DNA of 63,744 nt, counting the filler, from Octopus bimaculoides (lineage: Eukaryota), in assembly GCF_001194135.2 (NCBI RefSeq). It is 8 parts of 7 records of this genome, joined end to end, with 100 filler letters (N's around TTAATTAATTAA, not from the genome) between each part and the next. Parts side by side here need not be neighbours in the genome. Positions count along the whole stretch, not along the records: positions 36,782 to 60,175 come from NC_068982.1; positions 60,276 to 63,744 come from NW_026346559.1; 6 more parts are not named here. The stretch is one strand, 5' to 3'. Made by a program: the position numbers and the translations under genes. Below are positions 48,709 to 61,289 of the stretch, piece by piece. Position 1 is the first letter of the stretch. Each line of letters starts with the position of its first letter. The notes beneath the pieces were generated by a model. It was not told the origin of the DNA, ran no database searches, and worked only from the letters and a program-made list of their open reading frames with translations.

Positions 48709-49656
48709 NNNNNNNNNNNNNNNNNNNNNNNNNNNNNNNNNNNNNNNNNNNNNNNNNNNNNNNNNNNNNNNNNNNNNNNNNNNNNNNNNNNNNNNNNNNN
48801 NNNNNNNNNNNNNNNNNNNNNNNNNNNNNNNNNNNNNNNNNNNNNNNNNNNNNNNNNNNNNNNNNNNNNNNNNNNNNNNNNNNNNNNNNNNNNNNNNNNN
48901 NNNNNNNNNNNNNNNNNNNNNNNNNNNNNNNNNNNNNNNNNNNNNNNNNNNNNNNNNNNNNNNNNNNNNNNNNNNNNNNNNNNNNNNNNNNNNNNNNNNN
49001 NNNNNNNNNNNNNNNNNNNNNNNNNNNNNNNNNNNNNNNNNNNNNNNNNNNNNNNTGTGTGTGTGTGTGTGTGTGTCGTTTGTGGATTTGGTTTTCAAGA
49101 TTCTCTATATGAGTTCATGTATTGAAGCATATCAATTGAAATGTTATATTGTTTTAATCGAAATAAAAATAATGGAAATGAGAATAAAATTTTGGATTGA
49201 CACTGACCAGCCCCCACATACATATAGTGTGGTTAATAAGGTACCTAACACAGAAAGACACACACAGTGTGTGATATATACACAGTCATACACTCACACA
49301 CATACATTCACAGACAGATATACAACTGTATACAAATGTGACGTCATCGTCGTCAGTCGTGACATATGTTTATGTATGCATAGGTGGGTGCGTGTTTATT
49401 AAACTACCTAACGCGGAAAAAACACACACACTAGGAGATATATACACACACATACACTTACACACATACACTCACAACCAAATATACAGTCATATACAAA
49501 ATGTGATGCCGTTATCATCATGTTATAAAATATCCTGTAGACAATACAAAGTTTTGCAGCGTGGAAGATGTTTGTAACGCATTCCATAAACCACTAGTTT
49601 CACTTCAACATTTAAATTTCCTTTATATTCACTGACAAAATACCATCTTGACTGGG

Positions 49657-49733
49657 CTGCTATTCAACAGACTGCTATTCAACAGACTGCTATTCAACAG
49701 ACTGCTATTCAACAAACTGCTATTCAACAGACT
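49657..49733. repeat. 15-bp minisatellite, 5 copies
   Basis: (CTGCTATTCAACAGA)x5, one substitution. Confidence 0.95.
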
Positions 49734-50242
49734 TTCTAAAATGAAATTCCATTATGCAGCTGAGGAGTATATTTTCATTGCATATTTTAGGTAGAGTTCT
49801 CACTACATGAATAAATGAAGTCTGTACGAAACGTACGTACTGCTATAACCTATTGATTTTTTGTTGCTTTTCTTCAAATATATANNNNNNNNNNNNNNNN
49901 NNNNNNNNNNNNNNNNNNNNNNNNNNNNNNNNNNNNNNNNNNNNNNNNNNNNNNNNNNNNNNNNNNNNNNNNNNNNNNNNNNNNNNNNNNNNNNNNNNNN
50001 NNNNNNNNNNNNNNNNNNNNNNNNNNNNNNNNNNNNNNNNNNNNNNNNNNNNNNNNNNNNNNNNNNNNNNNNNNNNNNNNNNNNNNNNNNNNNNNNNNNN
50101 NNNNNNNNNNNNNNNNNNNNNNNNNNNNNNNNNNNNNNNNNNNNNNNNNNNNNNNNNNNNNNNNNNNNNNNNNNNNNNNNNNNNNNNNNNNNNNNNNNNN
50201 NNNNNNNNNNGCGACCGGTTCACTGACACAATTCTGTGCTGC

Positions 50243-50273
<31 letters not shown>

Positions 50274-51613
50274 AAGCACGATTTATTCGCGATCAGAGTT
50301 GTTCGAAAACCGAGGTACTACTGTATACACAATCACATATACCATAAATATACATATGTATTGTTTTCTGGGTTGATAAAACAAATACTAGTTGAACGGG
50401 TGTAGGATTCGATGTAGTCGGCCTACCCGCTACTTCAAACGTCCTGGCACTGCACCAAAATTGGAAAATAATTACTGGAATATATGCAATTTTATCAATC
50501 TTGTTTAATATTTTCCAATTTTTTTTCTCTCATTAGCTTTTGTAAAGTTGGTTTGAAGACTTCCAAAATTCATAGTTTTCAATGTAAAAGCACTTGTAAA
50601 ATGGAAATATGATTGTCAAAAATTCCGACAGTGACTAATGTGCTATCCAGCTCATTTTTTTAAACAGTTTCTTTCTCATAATGAAACATCATATTCTCCC
50701 AATTTCGCTCGTCCACTCGCTCAAACTTTCAGCCACTCACTAAACACACACTGACATAAATCATATAACTTATAAACTTAAAGATCGGGAGACACCGATA
50801 CACAGCAACAACAATTTAGATACTAACACCCCAGCTGCTTGATTGGTGAAATAACTAGAGAAGTAATCGATAATTTAATTCGTTAATTGGTTCTGAAGTT
50901 CACTAATATTAATAAAGCTGTGAAATAGAACCAGCAGTTACGTTTCTTATAGGCCAATAATTTAGATTATACGCCATAACTGTCAGAATTGATACGGAAT
51001 TGAAGATAACGACATAAACAAAAGCACTTCCTCGTCGAACCGATTCAGAAACCCGTTTGTGGTCGATAGATCTGATAAATACAGCCACCGAATTTATTTT
51101 ATATACAATCTTAGTGTATATTATAGAAAAGATATGTTCGATAATGTACCACGTTATGTAAAGGAAGAACACTTAGTTATCGCTTTCCTGGTATCATATG
51201 TATTTTCCAAAAGTGTACGTGTTAGATTAACAAGGTAGTATTGTTTTGTATACCATCAGAGCGTAAATAAAAGGATATAAATATCGGTGAGGAAATCAAT
51301 CCAATTATATACCTTAAATTATATGCCAGGAAATATTATGGTCCCTATTCCACAAACGTAGCCATCAAAAGGTTCGTCAGTATTGAAAAATTCAATATTT
51401 TTCTGTCTAATCACAAACACATGAAGTATATTTATTATCTTCCGATAAGCCAGCGGCTAATCAAGCCATATGTTAATGTTTTCACTTAATCATGCGGATT
51501 AATTACAATACTTCATCAGCTAAATGGATTTAGGTCATATTTCCATTACTCGTGCAAGGAAAAATAGTGTGCAGAGACAAAATAACAATATTCAGTAATA
51601 TCGAAGACGAAAT

Positions 51614-51614
51614 G

Positions 51615-51686
<72 letters not shown>

Positions 51687-51852
51687 GTAATAATAATAAT
51701 AATAATGGAAAAATTAATAAAAGTCTCGTTTTGTTTAGTGTTACTCAAAATTTCATAAACGTTGTCTTTTTATGATTGTGATGTTAATGTTGTTTTTATT
51801 GCCGCTGTTACTTTTGATTTAAACATTCTTGATCATCAACATCATCATCATC

Positions 51853-51899
<47 letters not shown>

Positions 51900-52030
51900 T
51901 ATCATCATCATCATTATTAACATTATTATTATTAATGCTATTATCATTATTACTATCATTATTATTATCATTAACGGTATTAACGCCATCGTCATAGTCG
52001 TCATCATCATCATCAGCATTATCCTTATCA
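51614..52030. repeat. (AAT)n and (CAT/ATT)n microsatellite cluster
   Basis: Directly visible; representative of many TA, CA, AAT, TATG and CCTA tracts in the window. Confidence 0.95.
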
Positions 52031-52241
52031 TGTTTTATTACTACTTTGATTAATATATTGTTAATGAAACCTTCCCAGACAACTCCTCTAGCTATATTTT
52101 GAAACATGCCATGTGATAGACATTTCGCAATAAACATATTCTCTCTGAATGAAAGTTTTCTTCATACAGACACGAAATGCATAACTTTCTTATGAGAAAC
52201 CTGTGATATATACAAGCATATGCATATAACACACACACACA

Positions 52242-52281
<40 letters not shown>

Positions 52282-53124
52282 CACATACACACACACATAT
52301 ATGTTTCAGAAAAACGAGATAGGAAAACATTATATATTCACCATTACACGTGTTTAATTTGTTAATAAGAATTACAAAATTGCACATGCAGGAAAATCCT
52401 GTAAAATATTTCCTATTTGCGATTAAGTTCAGACAAGGAATCAAATATTATAATATTAAATAAGAGCATTATTTGGTTATCTGTCTGAAGAATTTCTAAC
52501 AGGGATATCTTATATGGTTTTTCTACATGAACAATTTTTTGTAATGCAAAATAAATAATACCAAATCTTATTCCATTGCTCTCTTTGATATATATTTATA
52601 TATACGTTATAAGAGTCATACGAATTTACAGGATTTCGAGAGAAATTCTTGTTTGGAAGCAGTTCTTGAAATACATATAAGCTAGATGTTATAACATGTA
52701 AAATTTATGTTGGAAACCTCTTTTGGATCGAAAGAGTTGAAGGCTGCATGTGGGGTTTGGAAACTACATCTCGTGCAAACGTTGCCCTAAGGAGCCTTGT
52801 TTTATTTGAGTCCCGATAATAGTATTCACAGAATATCACCCTTCACTTTGTCCTACCGTTTTATATTGCCTAATTTTTCAGTAACCTAGTGTTAGAAATA
52901 TTCAATTGCCTGTTATGATTTTAATGAGGTTTTTAAGACTCCACCCCATATAAGAGGGTGGTTCAGACAACTGTTTTCTACGAATATTCCTACTTTCGAA
53001 ACTCCATGAGGATTTCAAAGACTCTCATAGGGTTTGCCAAATTTCTGATTCCCATTCCTTTCCTTACTTTTACTTCAAACAACCTTGACATAATTTGTTA
53101 TAGTTGATCTGAAATAAATTAACA

Positions 53125-53330
53125 GACGAATGCCTTTCGATCTTTACCTGCAGCTGAACTCTTGGTATAACCTTTGGATTATTATCAGGATGCGACTGAC
53201 ACAGCTGGATATGGGGAAACGCCATTATAATATGAAGACAAACTAAAGGATAACCTCAAAGCAGTGAGCAGAAACAAACGTGAATGAGAGATATTGCAAG
53301 AAATCGAAAAGTGTGGAGAAACCGATGTTA
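53125..53330 (+). mobile_element. RTE LINE 3' coding fragment
   Basis: RMP..., YEDKLKDNLKAVSRNKRE resemble the RTE C-terminal block. Confidence 0.55.
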
Positions 53331-55089
53331 TATAAAGCTAACAAACATTGAGGCAAAACAGTTGAATATAAATAGAAATCAAGCTTCAAAAATGATGATT
53401 CACCTGCAAACTATTATTGCCATCATTGTGATTTTGAGGACAACTTAATGGCTGGTTTAACTCGTCATCGTCGTGTCCTGGTGCTAAATCTAATATAGAT
53501 ATGCCATGTACTATCTTTGATAGTATTTGTAAAACACTTGATGATCCAAATACACAACTTTCTTGTACTCATTTAGAATAAATTAATTTTCATAGAATTA
53601 TATTCTAAATATCAAATATGAAACAAATTAACTCAGTGAATGCATTACGTAGATAATCAGTTCTGCAACTTTTTCTTTTCACTAGCGTTGTGTATATTTT
53701 CTAGAGTCATGATGTTAATTTCCAGTCCAACCGTTTATTCTCTCTAAGTGTTGTTCCTTTTCACAACTTTTGATCATAAAAGAGTTTTCTTTTCTCCACG
53801 GTAACTGCAGTATGTTTGCCTCTTAGAACTTGAAATATGTGACAAACGTATTGCAACTAACCTATANNNNNNNNNNNNNNNNNNNNNNNNNNNNNNNNNN
53901 NNNNNNNNNNNNNNNNNNNNNNNNNNNNNNNNNNNNNNNNNNNNNNNNNNNNNNNNNNNNNNNNNNNNNNNNNNNNNNNNNNNNNNNNNNNNNNNNNNNN
54001 NNNNNNNNNNNNNNNNNNNNNNNNNNNNNNNNNNNNNNNNNNNNNNNNNNNNNNNNNNNNNNNNNNNNNNNNNNNNNNNNNNNNNNNNNNNNNNNNNNNN
54101 NNNNNNNNNNNNNNNNNNNNNNNNNNNNNNNNNNNNNNNNNNNNNNNNNNNNNNNNNNNNNNNNNNNNNNNNNNNNNNNNNNNNNNNNNNNNNNNNNNNN
54201 NNNNNNNNNNNNNNNNNNNNNNNNNNNNNNNNNNNNNNNNNNNNNNNNNNNNNNNNNNNNNNNNNNNNNNNNNNNNNNNNNNNNNNNNNNNNNNNNNNNN
54301 NNNNNNNNNNNNNNNNNNNNNNNNNNNNNNNNNNNNNNNNNNNNNNNNNNNNNNNNNNNNNNNNATTTATAGTGCGTGTGTTTATTTGTCGAAAAAATGA
54401 CCATCCTCAAAAACATTATCTGTTTCAACACATGGTTTTTACATCTGGAAACTTGCCACAAAAACTTATTAACGTTTATATATGTATGAATATGTGTATA
54501 TGCATGCATGTATGTATGTATGTATTTATGTATGTATGTATGTATGTATGCATGTATGTATGTATGTATGTATGTATGTATGTATGTATGTGTGAATAAA
54601 TGGGTTTATTGGGAATTGTCTTGCTTTGGTAAAAAAATGAAATATTCATCATCTACCAATTCTAGGTTGATCATTATTTACCAAAAAGTCTGAAATTGTA
54701 CTAAATCGTATATCTTTATTTCTTGAAAAGAAATTTATGATTGTTATGCGACTCCCAGATATCTCTTAAAATTCTCATCTGAAAGGTATGTTACATTCTA
54801 TCACAATAGATAATGGAATTAATCGAGAAATAATTTAATTTCAAAATCTTGTTATAGTACATTGTAAACAACATGATAAAGAATAGGATATAAGTACATA
54901 AAAAATTCTTGTAGATAAACGATGTATGGACGAATGCAAAAACATTGAAGTATATATTATATAGTGTAGGCACATAAACAATTAGTAAATGATGACTTGG
55001 AAGCACATTGTAACATTCAGTCTTAATAAAAGAATTAAACATTACTAAAACTAAAGTTTTCTTCCTGAAATTTTCACTGATGTTTCTGT

Positions 55090-55990
55090 AATTCCTAAGA
55101 GTAGGTGCATCAATGTTTGGTTCTTCCAAACCACATTTCATGGGAAAAAGGCATGAGGGTGTGCTCTCAATTCTATTTTGATTTTCATATCTTTATGAAG
55201 AACTTTCAATGCATTCACAAACATTTGAGAATGTCTAAATTTCAACAAACTGACCCATTATGAATTTGTATACACAGAATCGAGTGTCTGAGGTTCTGTT
55301 CGACACATTTATTCCTGATGTTATCTGAATGTGAAGCTCTTGTCATTACTGCCTCATTCCACCCTAAGACGGCATTATGTCTGGTACGACTGTTTGCAGC
55401 ATGAATATATTATGTTGCTCCAAAAGGACACGCTCTTGAAAATTACCGAAAACAGAAAATGGTGAAACGCACCTAAAATTCTGACATTGTTTCTTCGTAT
55501 CGGATTTGAAAAGGGAGACCGTGATAGCATCATTCCAGTCTTGCAGTACCTTATCCTCACACTAACAACGTAATATTGCTGTGTGTCAAAGTGTTGCTCC
55601 TTCTTACCTCCATGTTTGAGAACCTCAGTATTAATCCATTTACGCCAGATGTAGTGTTATTTAATTTTTCTACAACAGAAGCGTGTGTTATTTCTAGTAT
55701 TTATCTTACTCTATTTCACCTAAAATTGTTTAACTTCCCACTGATTTCATGAAATCTATGTCGGCATTAGTGGTGCTGTTAAGGAGTCCAGAGAATTGAA
55801 ACGATTGTGGATGGATACAATGAGTGAAGAGTGAGAGGCAGACTGCAGTTCTCTTGCATGTGTTGTCGCAAATCGTGGGCCATTCAGATCTTCCATTTGA
55901 GAAGAAAATGAGTTGATATCCATGGCATTCACTGCCACTTTTGTTTCTTTGAGTGCAAACTCTTCACCACTACTGCTTAATATTCCTCAA
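55090..55990 (-). mobile_element. Old RTE LINE, linker and RT N-terminal half
   Basis: IHNRFNSL, TEVLKHGG, QDWNDAITVSLFK..CQNFRCVS, MFVNALKVLHKDMK, PFPMKCG..APTL. Confidence 0.8.
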
Positions 55991-55993
55991 AGT

Positions 55994-56207
55994 AAGGTGG
56001 CGAACTGGCAGAAACGTTAGCATTCTAAGGAAAATGTTTAGTAAGCATTTCATCCGCTTTAAGTTCAAATCCCGTCAACATCGACTTTGCCTTTCATCCT
56101 TTCGGAGTCGATAAGATAAGTACTAGTTGAGCAATGGAGTCGATGTAATTAACTTACTCCATCCCCCTAAATTACTTGCTTTGTACCAAACTTTGAAATC
56201 CATATTA
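55994..56207 (+). mobile_element. SINE family B, full length
   Basis: GGTGGCGAACTGGCAGAAACGTTAG head; CpGs largely retained. Confidence 0.85.
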
Positions 56208-57561
56208 TAAATGCAGCATTTTAATAGTAGATTTCAGCTGTTATCATTTATTGATTCTAATGTAATAAGTTAGCCTGCTTTATTAATCATGCTTAATTTT
56301 ATATAATCTCGAAATTCGGAATTACAAGAGAGATATATCTGACTAATTGACGCTATTTCGGCAATATTCCCCTTATAATCAGTTATTAATTCGCAGGCCA
56401 ATTTATCTCCAAATATGCTTTTAATTGCTGTCTTAAATGCTAATAAGGTCCCTAGTACTCAAAGATGTAGTAGAAAATGTATGCAACACAACTTCCTCAA
56501 GTTAAATATCTGTACGAAATGTAATTGTAATGATCTATTTTTCGTTTATATCTGAGAGATTCATACAATTTATTTAGTGCGTTCATTACATAGTATATTT
56601 ATATTTTTACTGGTAATACTTAAATATTTTACATGGTAAATTTATAGTTAGCTGTTAATAGTTACATATTCATTGATATTTCAGTACATGCTTTTAATAT
56701 CGTCCAGTTATGTTAAACTCCTTCGTAATTGATATTTAGGGAAAATTTAAATCACCAATGAACTGGATAATCTATTAATAATGTAGTTTATTAAGGCCAT
56801 TAACGAAGAGTACATCCGTTACATGTAAAGTGCATATTCTGAATTACAAATAAATTTTTTTGCTAATGGGAGACTAATGTAGGAATTGAAATCTAATTTG
56901 TATCGAAATTTTAATAATTAAATGCATATATTAATGGCAATTTCTCACAGTTTTACCCTCAAAATACATACTCATATACATATATATATATATAAATANN
57001 NNNNNNNNNNNNNNNNNNNNNNNNNNNNNNNNNNNNNNNNNNNNNNNNNNNNNNNNNNNNNNNNNNNNNNNNNNNNNGTATATATATATGTATATATGTA
57101 TATATATATATACATATGTGTGTGTGTGTGTATGTGTGTGTGTGTGTGCGTGTGTGTGCGTGTGTGTGCGTGTGTGTGTGTGTATAAAATACACTACTTT
57201 ATTTTGAGTTTGATAGTATTAACAATACCCGCCAATAAAATACAGAATGGAGTTTTAGTGCTCCAAGTGAGCTATATTCCGTGTAACCATCTGAATAGAG
57301 GCAATGCAAGCGGAACCTAGACGAACACAATTAATAACCACACTCGAAAATCAAATATATACATATATCCGTCTACATTTAGAAAACGGATATAAAAATA
57401 CCAAATATATAAGTATATAAATACATATACATAGATAAATATTGATGTGATACATAAAACACAGTGGATTCACATTTAAAAGTTAAAATACATTGGTGTA
57501 ATAAAAAATTGAGACGGTAAGACATTATAAAGGACGTACTAAAATGCCATGAAAAATTTTT

Positions 57562-57651
57562 AAATCTATCTACAGTTTCAGAGACGTGCCAAGTAATATG
57601 ATATATTTTTTATATTTTTATAACTGACACTCCCCTCATCAGGGCGAATTT
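57562..57651 (-). ncRNA. Hammerhead ribozyme with long stem II, antisense and upstream of a Penelope ORF
   Basis: Minus strand CTGATGA GGGGAGTGTCAG-(AT-rich loop)-TTGGCACGTCTCT GAA ACTGT A; 12-bp stem II with one bulge; stem I weak. Confidence 0.65.
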
Positions 57652-57759
57652 ATATCTAGACTTAGATGGCGTGCCTTTTATTTTGATAAATCCAGAAACT
57701 CGGAGTGGTAAGATGAATGTATGAAAACCAGCACCGCAAATCAAACTGAATGTTCAGAA

Positions 57760-59620
57760 TTCTATAATTTAAAATCATATTAGAAGGCAATACCAAATCC
57801 TGATGTCGCCAAATTTGAAAAGGACCTAATACATATGATAAAAAACCTCAAGTACTCTAAATATAAGAACGCATTCCAGAATCAGCTGCGACAAAAAATA
57901 GCAAAACTGAAGGACGATCCAAATTTACATATACTTTCTGACAAAACGGGAAATATTTACTCCGTGCCCTCTGAAACCTATGATAAATTGATATCCAAAG
58001 AGCTTCATGCTAAATACAAAATTGCCAAAATTCAGCTATTATTGACATTAATAATAGACATTATGATTTAATTTCAAAACTAGGAATTCTCGACCACACA
58101 CAACCTTACGATCCAAAGACTCTGCATTGCACCCTAAAGGACCATATAAGCGAATTTCTTGCTAAACCAATAATACGTCTAATTTGTTCAACCAAATCAG
58201 ACTTGGACAGCATCAAGAAATCCATATTAGATACGATCATTCCGGTTATAAGAGAAAATACAGTGTTACCCTTATAGGAATCTACCAACGACGTTATATG
58301 TTGGTTTCACACACTTAAATATAATGAGTCATCTTCGTTTATTCCATTTGATATATCCAATTACTATACCTTGATCTCCCTCATCTTATTGAATAAAGTA
58401 ATTATTTTCGCCTGGAATTATGTTGAACTATCGGCTTTAGATGTTGATATCCAAGCAGATAGATTGAACCTGATAAATTACGGAAAACAGCATTTATTTA
58501 AATCAGATTATTTTAACGTTTCCGATGGGATCCTGGAACTCGGCACAAATAACGGATATATTTGGATTATTTCTATTGGACAAGATTAAGCGGCATTTTC
58601 CATCTCTATCTCGAGGGATTTATAGGGTTGATGCATTGTTTATTGTCTCTATTCATTGGAATCCTCAGATTGAGATATTAAAGAAAGTGCTACGGGAGTT
58701 TTTGGAGGACTTTTATAATCTGAATTCGAGAATAATCGAAATTATTCATATTGTATAGGAGAATAATCCTAAAGTAACACATTTTGTGGATATCACTTTT
58801 GATCTTAATACTAACCTACACTACTCTTTTTGAAAACCAAACCAAACTTTCCAATGCATCAATGTATCCCCCAATCATCCCAAATCATCCATTAGAATCT
58901 CAAACCTATCAGCTAATGAAATAATTTTTAATAAATATACCCCTATCTATAATAATGCTTTAAAATTAAGCGTGTTTATTAATAATATTAAATATATACA
59001 CGGATGATAAAAACAGATCTCCAATAGCAGAAACTATCTATTCTATCCCCTAGGACCTCACATTAAGTCGATAAAGACCAATATTTGTGCAGATAAAATG
59101 AAGTTTAACAATGATAGGAATAAAGGGGATAAAGTTGAAAATGAAAGTAATAATAAAAATAATAATAAAAATAGTACTGATATGGATACTATGGACGATA
59201 AGGATGGTAATAGATGTAACGATGGTAGTAATAAAAATTATAGATATGAACAGAAATATAACGTTAGGTTTATGTCGAATGAAGGTGGAATAAGTATGAA
59301 AATAAAAATTAAAATATAGATATAAATAAAAATGGGAATAGCTTTACATGTGGCAAATTAAGTCAAATAACATATTGTAAGCCCACTTTTAATACCAAAT
59401 CTAAGATTCGTCAGGTTATTTGGTTCGCCCCTTCCTTTTTATTAAGAGTGAAAGGTCTACCAAGATTATGTTTTTAAATTATTGACAGAAAACGTCCCTA
59501 AACATCATAAATATTTCTCAATATGCAAATAAATCATTAAAGAGCCAGCTTATTCGGTCACTCCCAATCTCGAGTCTATTATCGCTTTAATGAACAGGAA
59601 TGAAATAAGATAACGTAATG
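57760..59620 (+). mobile_element. Decayed Penelope-like element (RT region)
   Basis: FEKDLIHMIKNLKY..HILSDKTGNIY, FIPFDISNYY, GSWNSAQITDIFGLF..GIYRVDALF (YRDD motif), FVDITFDL, IFNKYTPIYNNAL, VIWFAP, TPNLESII. Confidence 0.92.
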
Positions 59621-59759
59621 ATAGAAATGATAATAATAATTTTGGTAATAACATTAAATCTGATAATGGGAAGTTCATTAATGGCACTGATGATAGTAGT
59701 AATGGAAATAGTAGTAGTAATGGAAATTGAATATGAAAGAAGTATAAGAATGGCTCATA

Positions 59760-59788
59760 ATACAAATGATAATATCAATAACAACAAC

Positions 59789-59825
<37 letters not shown>

Positions 59826-59855
59826 TTAATAATAATAATGATGATGATGATGATG

Positions 59856-59925
<70 letters not shown>

Positions 59926-60041
59926 TGATGATGGTGATGATGATGATGATCATGATGATACTAATAATACTAATAATAATATTAATAATAATAATAATAA
60001 TAATTATTATTATTATTAATATTATTATTATTATTATTATT
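59760..60041. repeat. Compound (AAT)/(GAT)/(ATT) microsatellite
   Basis: Directly visible. Confidence 0.95.
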
Positions 60042-60174
60042 ATGCAGCTGGAAAACTATTATAAAATAACCACCATAGGACTGCAAAAATACCTACTTCA
60101 GAAACAAGGAAAACTAATACAAATAGCCACAAAACGCGAGCAAAATTTAAAAAACTGTTTTCAGTATTTAAGGA
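60042..60174 (+). mobile_element. R4/Dong-like LINE fragment no. 4
   Basis: QLENYYKITTIGLQKYL resembles the post-RT block of R4-clade elements; starts right after (TAT)n. Confidence 0.55.
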
Positions 60175-60338
60175 ANNNNNNNNNNNNNNNNNNNNNNNNN
60201 NNNNNNNNNNNNNNNNNNNTTAATTAATTAANNNNNNNNNNNNNNNNNNNNNNNNNNNNNNNNNNNNNNNNNNNNCACACAAAGCTCAGAACATCTCAAT
60301 GCCACACATATACATCTGAATATTTGCAGATATGAGCA

Positions 60339-60720
60339 TTATGCTTCTGATATTTGAGTTATATTTAGAGTACAAAATGTACTGTCTCTGCTTTTCTTCA
60401 TGACATTCAGTTTTGGAGAGAATTTTTTGATGAAATGTAGTTCCATTGCTTTTCGGTATTGCAGATTATCCTGTGCACATTTGTAAAAGGGAAAAATTTT
60501 GAATTTTCCGTCACTGCATATTTCCAGATGCTTACTTAATGGAATCTTGCGTAATTCCTCTTGTCGGATATGTTGCATGTGAATTCTTGCACGTTGGCAG
60601 AGGGAATTATTTGTTTCACCAATATAATTTACTTTGCAGTTTCTGCCTTTGAACAGGTTGTTACATCCTTGTTACTTGCGTGAATTTTGCTACCCTGCTA
60701 ACTGTTTATTGAATTTTCCG
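60339..60720 (-). mobile_element. GIY-YIG endonuclease end of another Penelope-like family
   Basis: CKVNYIGETNNSLCQRARIHMQHIR..LSKHLEIC..RKAMELHFIKKFSPKLN. Confidence 0.85.
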
Positions 60721-61289
60721 TGTTAATTGTAAACAAAAGAAAATTAACTCATCCATATATATNNNNNNNNNNNNNNNNNNNNNNNNNNNNNNNNNNNNNN
60801 NNNNNNNNNNNNNNNNNNNNNNNNNNNNNNNNNNNNNNNNNNNNNNNNNNNNNNNNNNNNNNNNNNNNNNNNNNNNNNNNNNNNNNNNNNNNNNNNNNNN
60901 NNNNNNNNNNNNNNNATTTGCAAATATTATACTAATGTTTTTTCATGCAAAACTACATTTCATCAAAAAATTCTCTCCAAAATTAAATGTTTGAAAGAAA
61001 AGGGGAGACAGTACATTTTGTATTCTAAATACAACACAAAGAGGAGAAAAAGAAAGAAAAAGGAAAAAGAAAGAAAGAGGAAAAAAGAAAGAACGAGGAA
61101 GCAAAATACTTTCGGTGATGACCACACTGCACCTGTGTTATTTAAAAAAAAGTGTTTTTGAAGAGGTCACCATTCTTAAACCCATTCCAATACAATGGTA
61201 AATGACTAAATAAATAAATAAATGAATGGTGAATAGGAAGGAGTATCCCCCTTCCCTCTACCTACCTACCTACCTACCTACCTACCTAC

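Noticed and set aside
49657-49733. CRISPR-like array
   Set aside because: Head-to-tail repeats with no spacers, in a eukaryotic context.
55609-55670. Apparent minus-strand exon with good AG/GTAAGA sites
   Set aside because: Falls inside the decayed RTE (NNTTSGVNG..EVLKHGG block); the splice-like sites are incidental.
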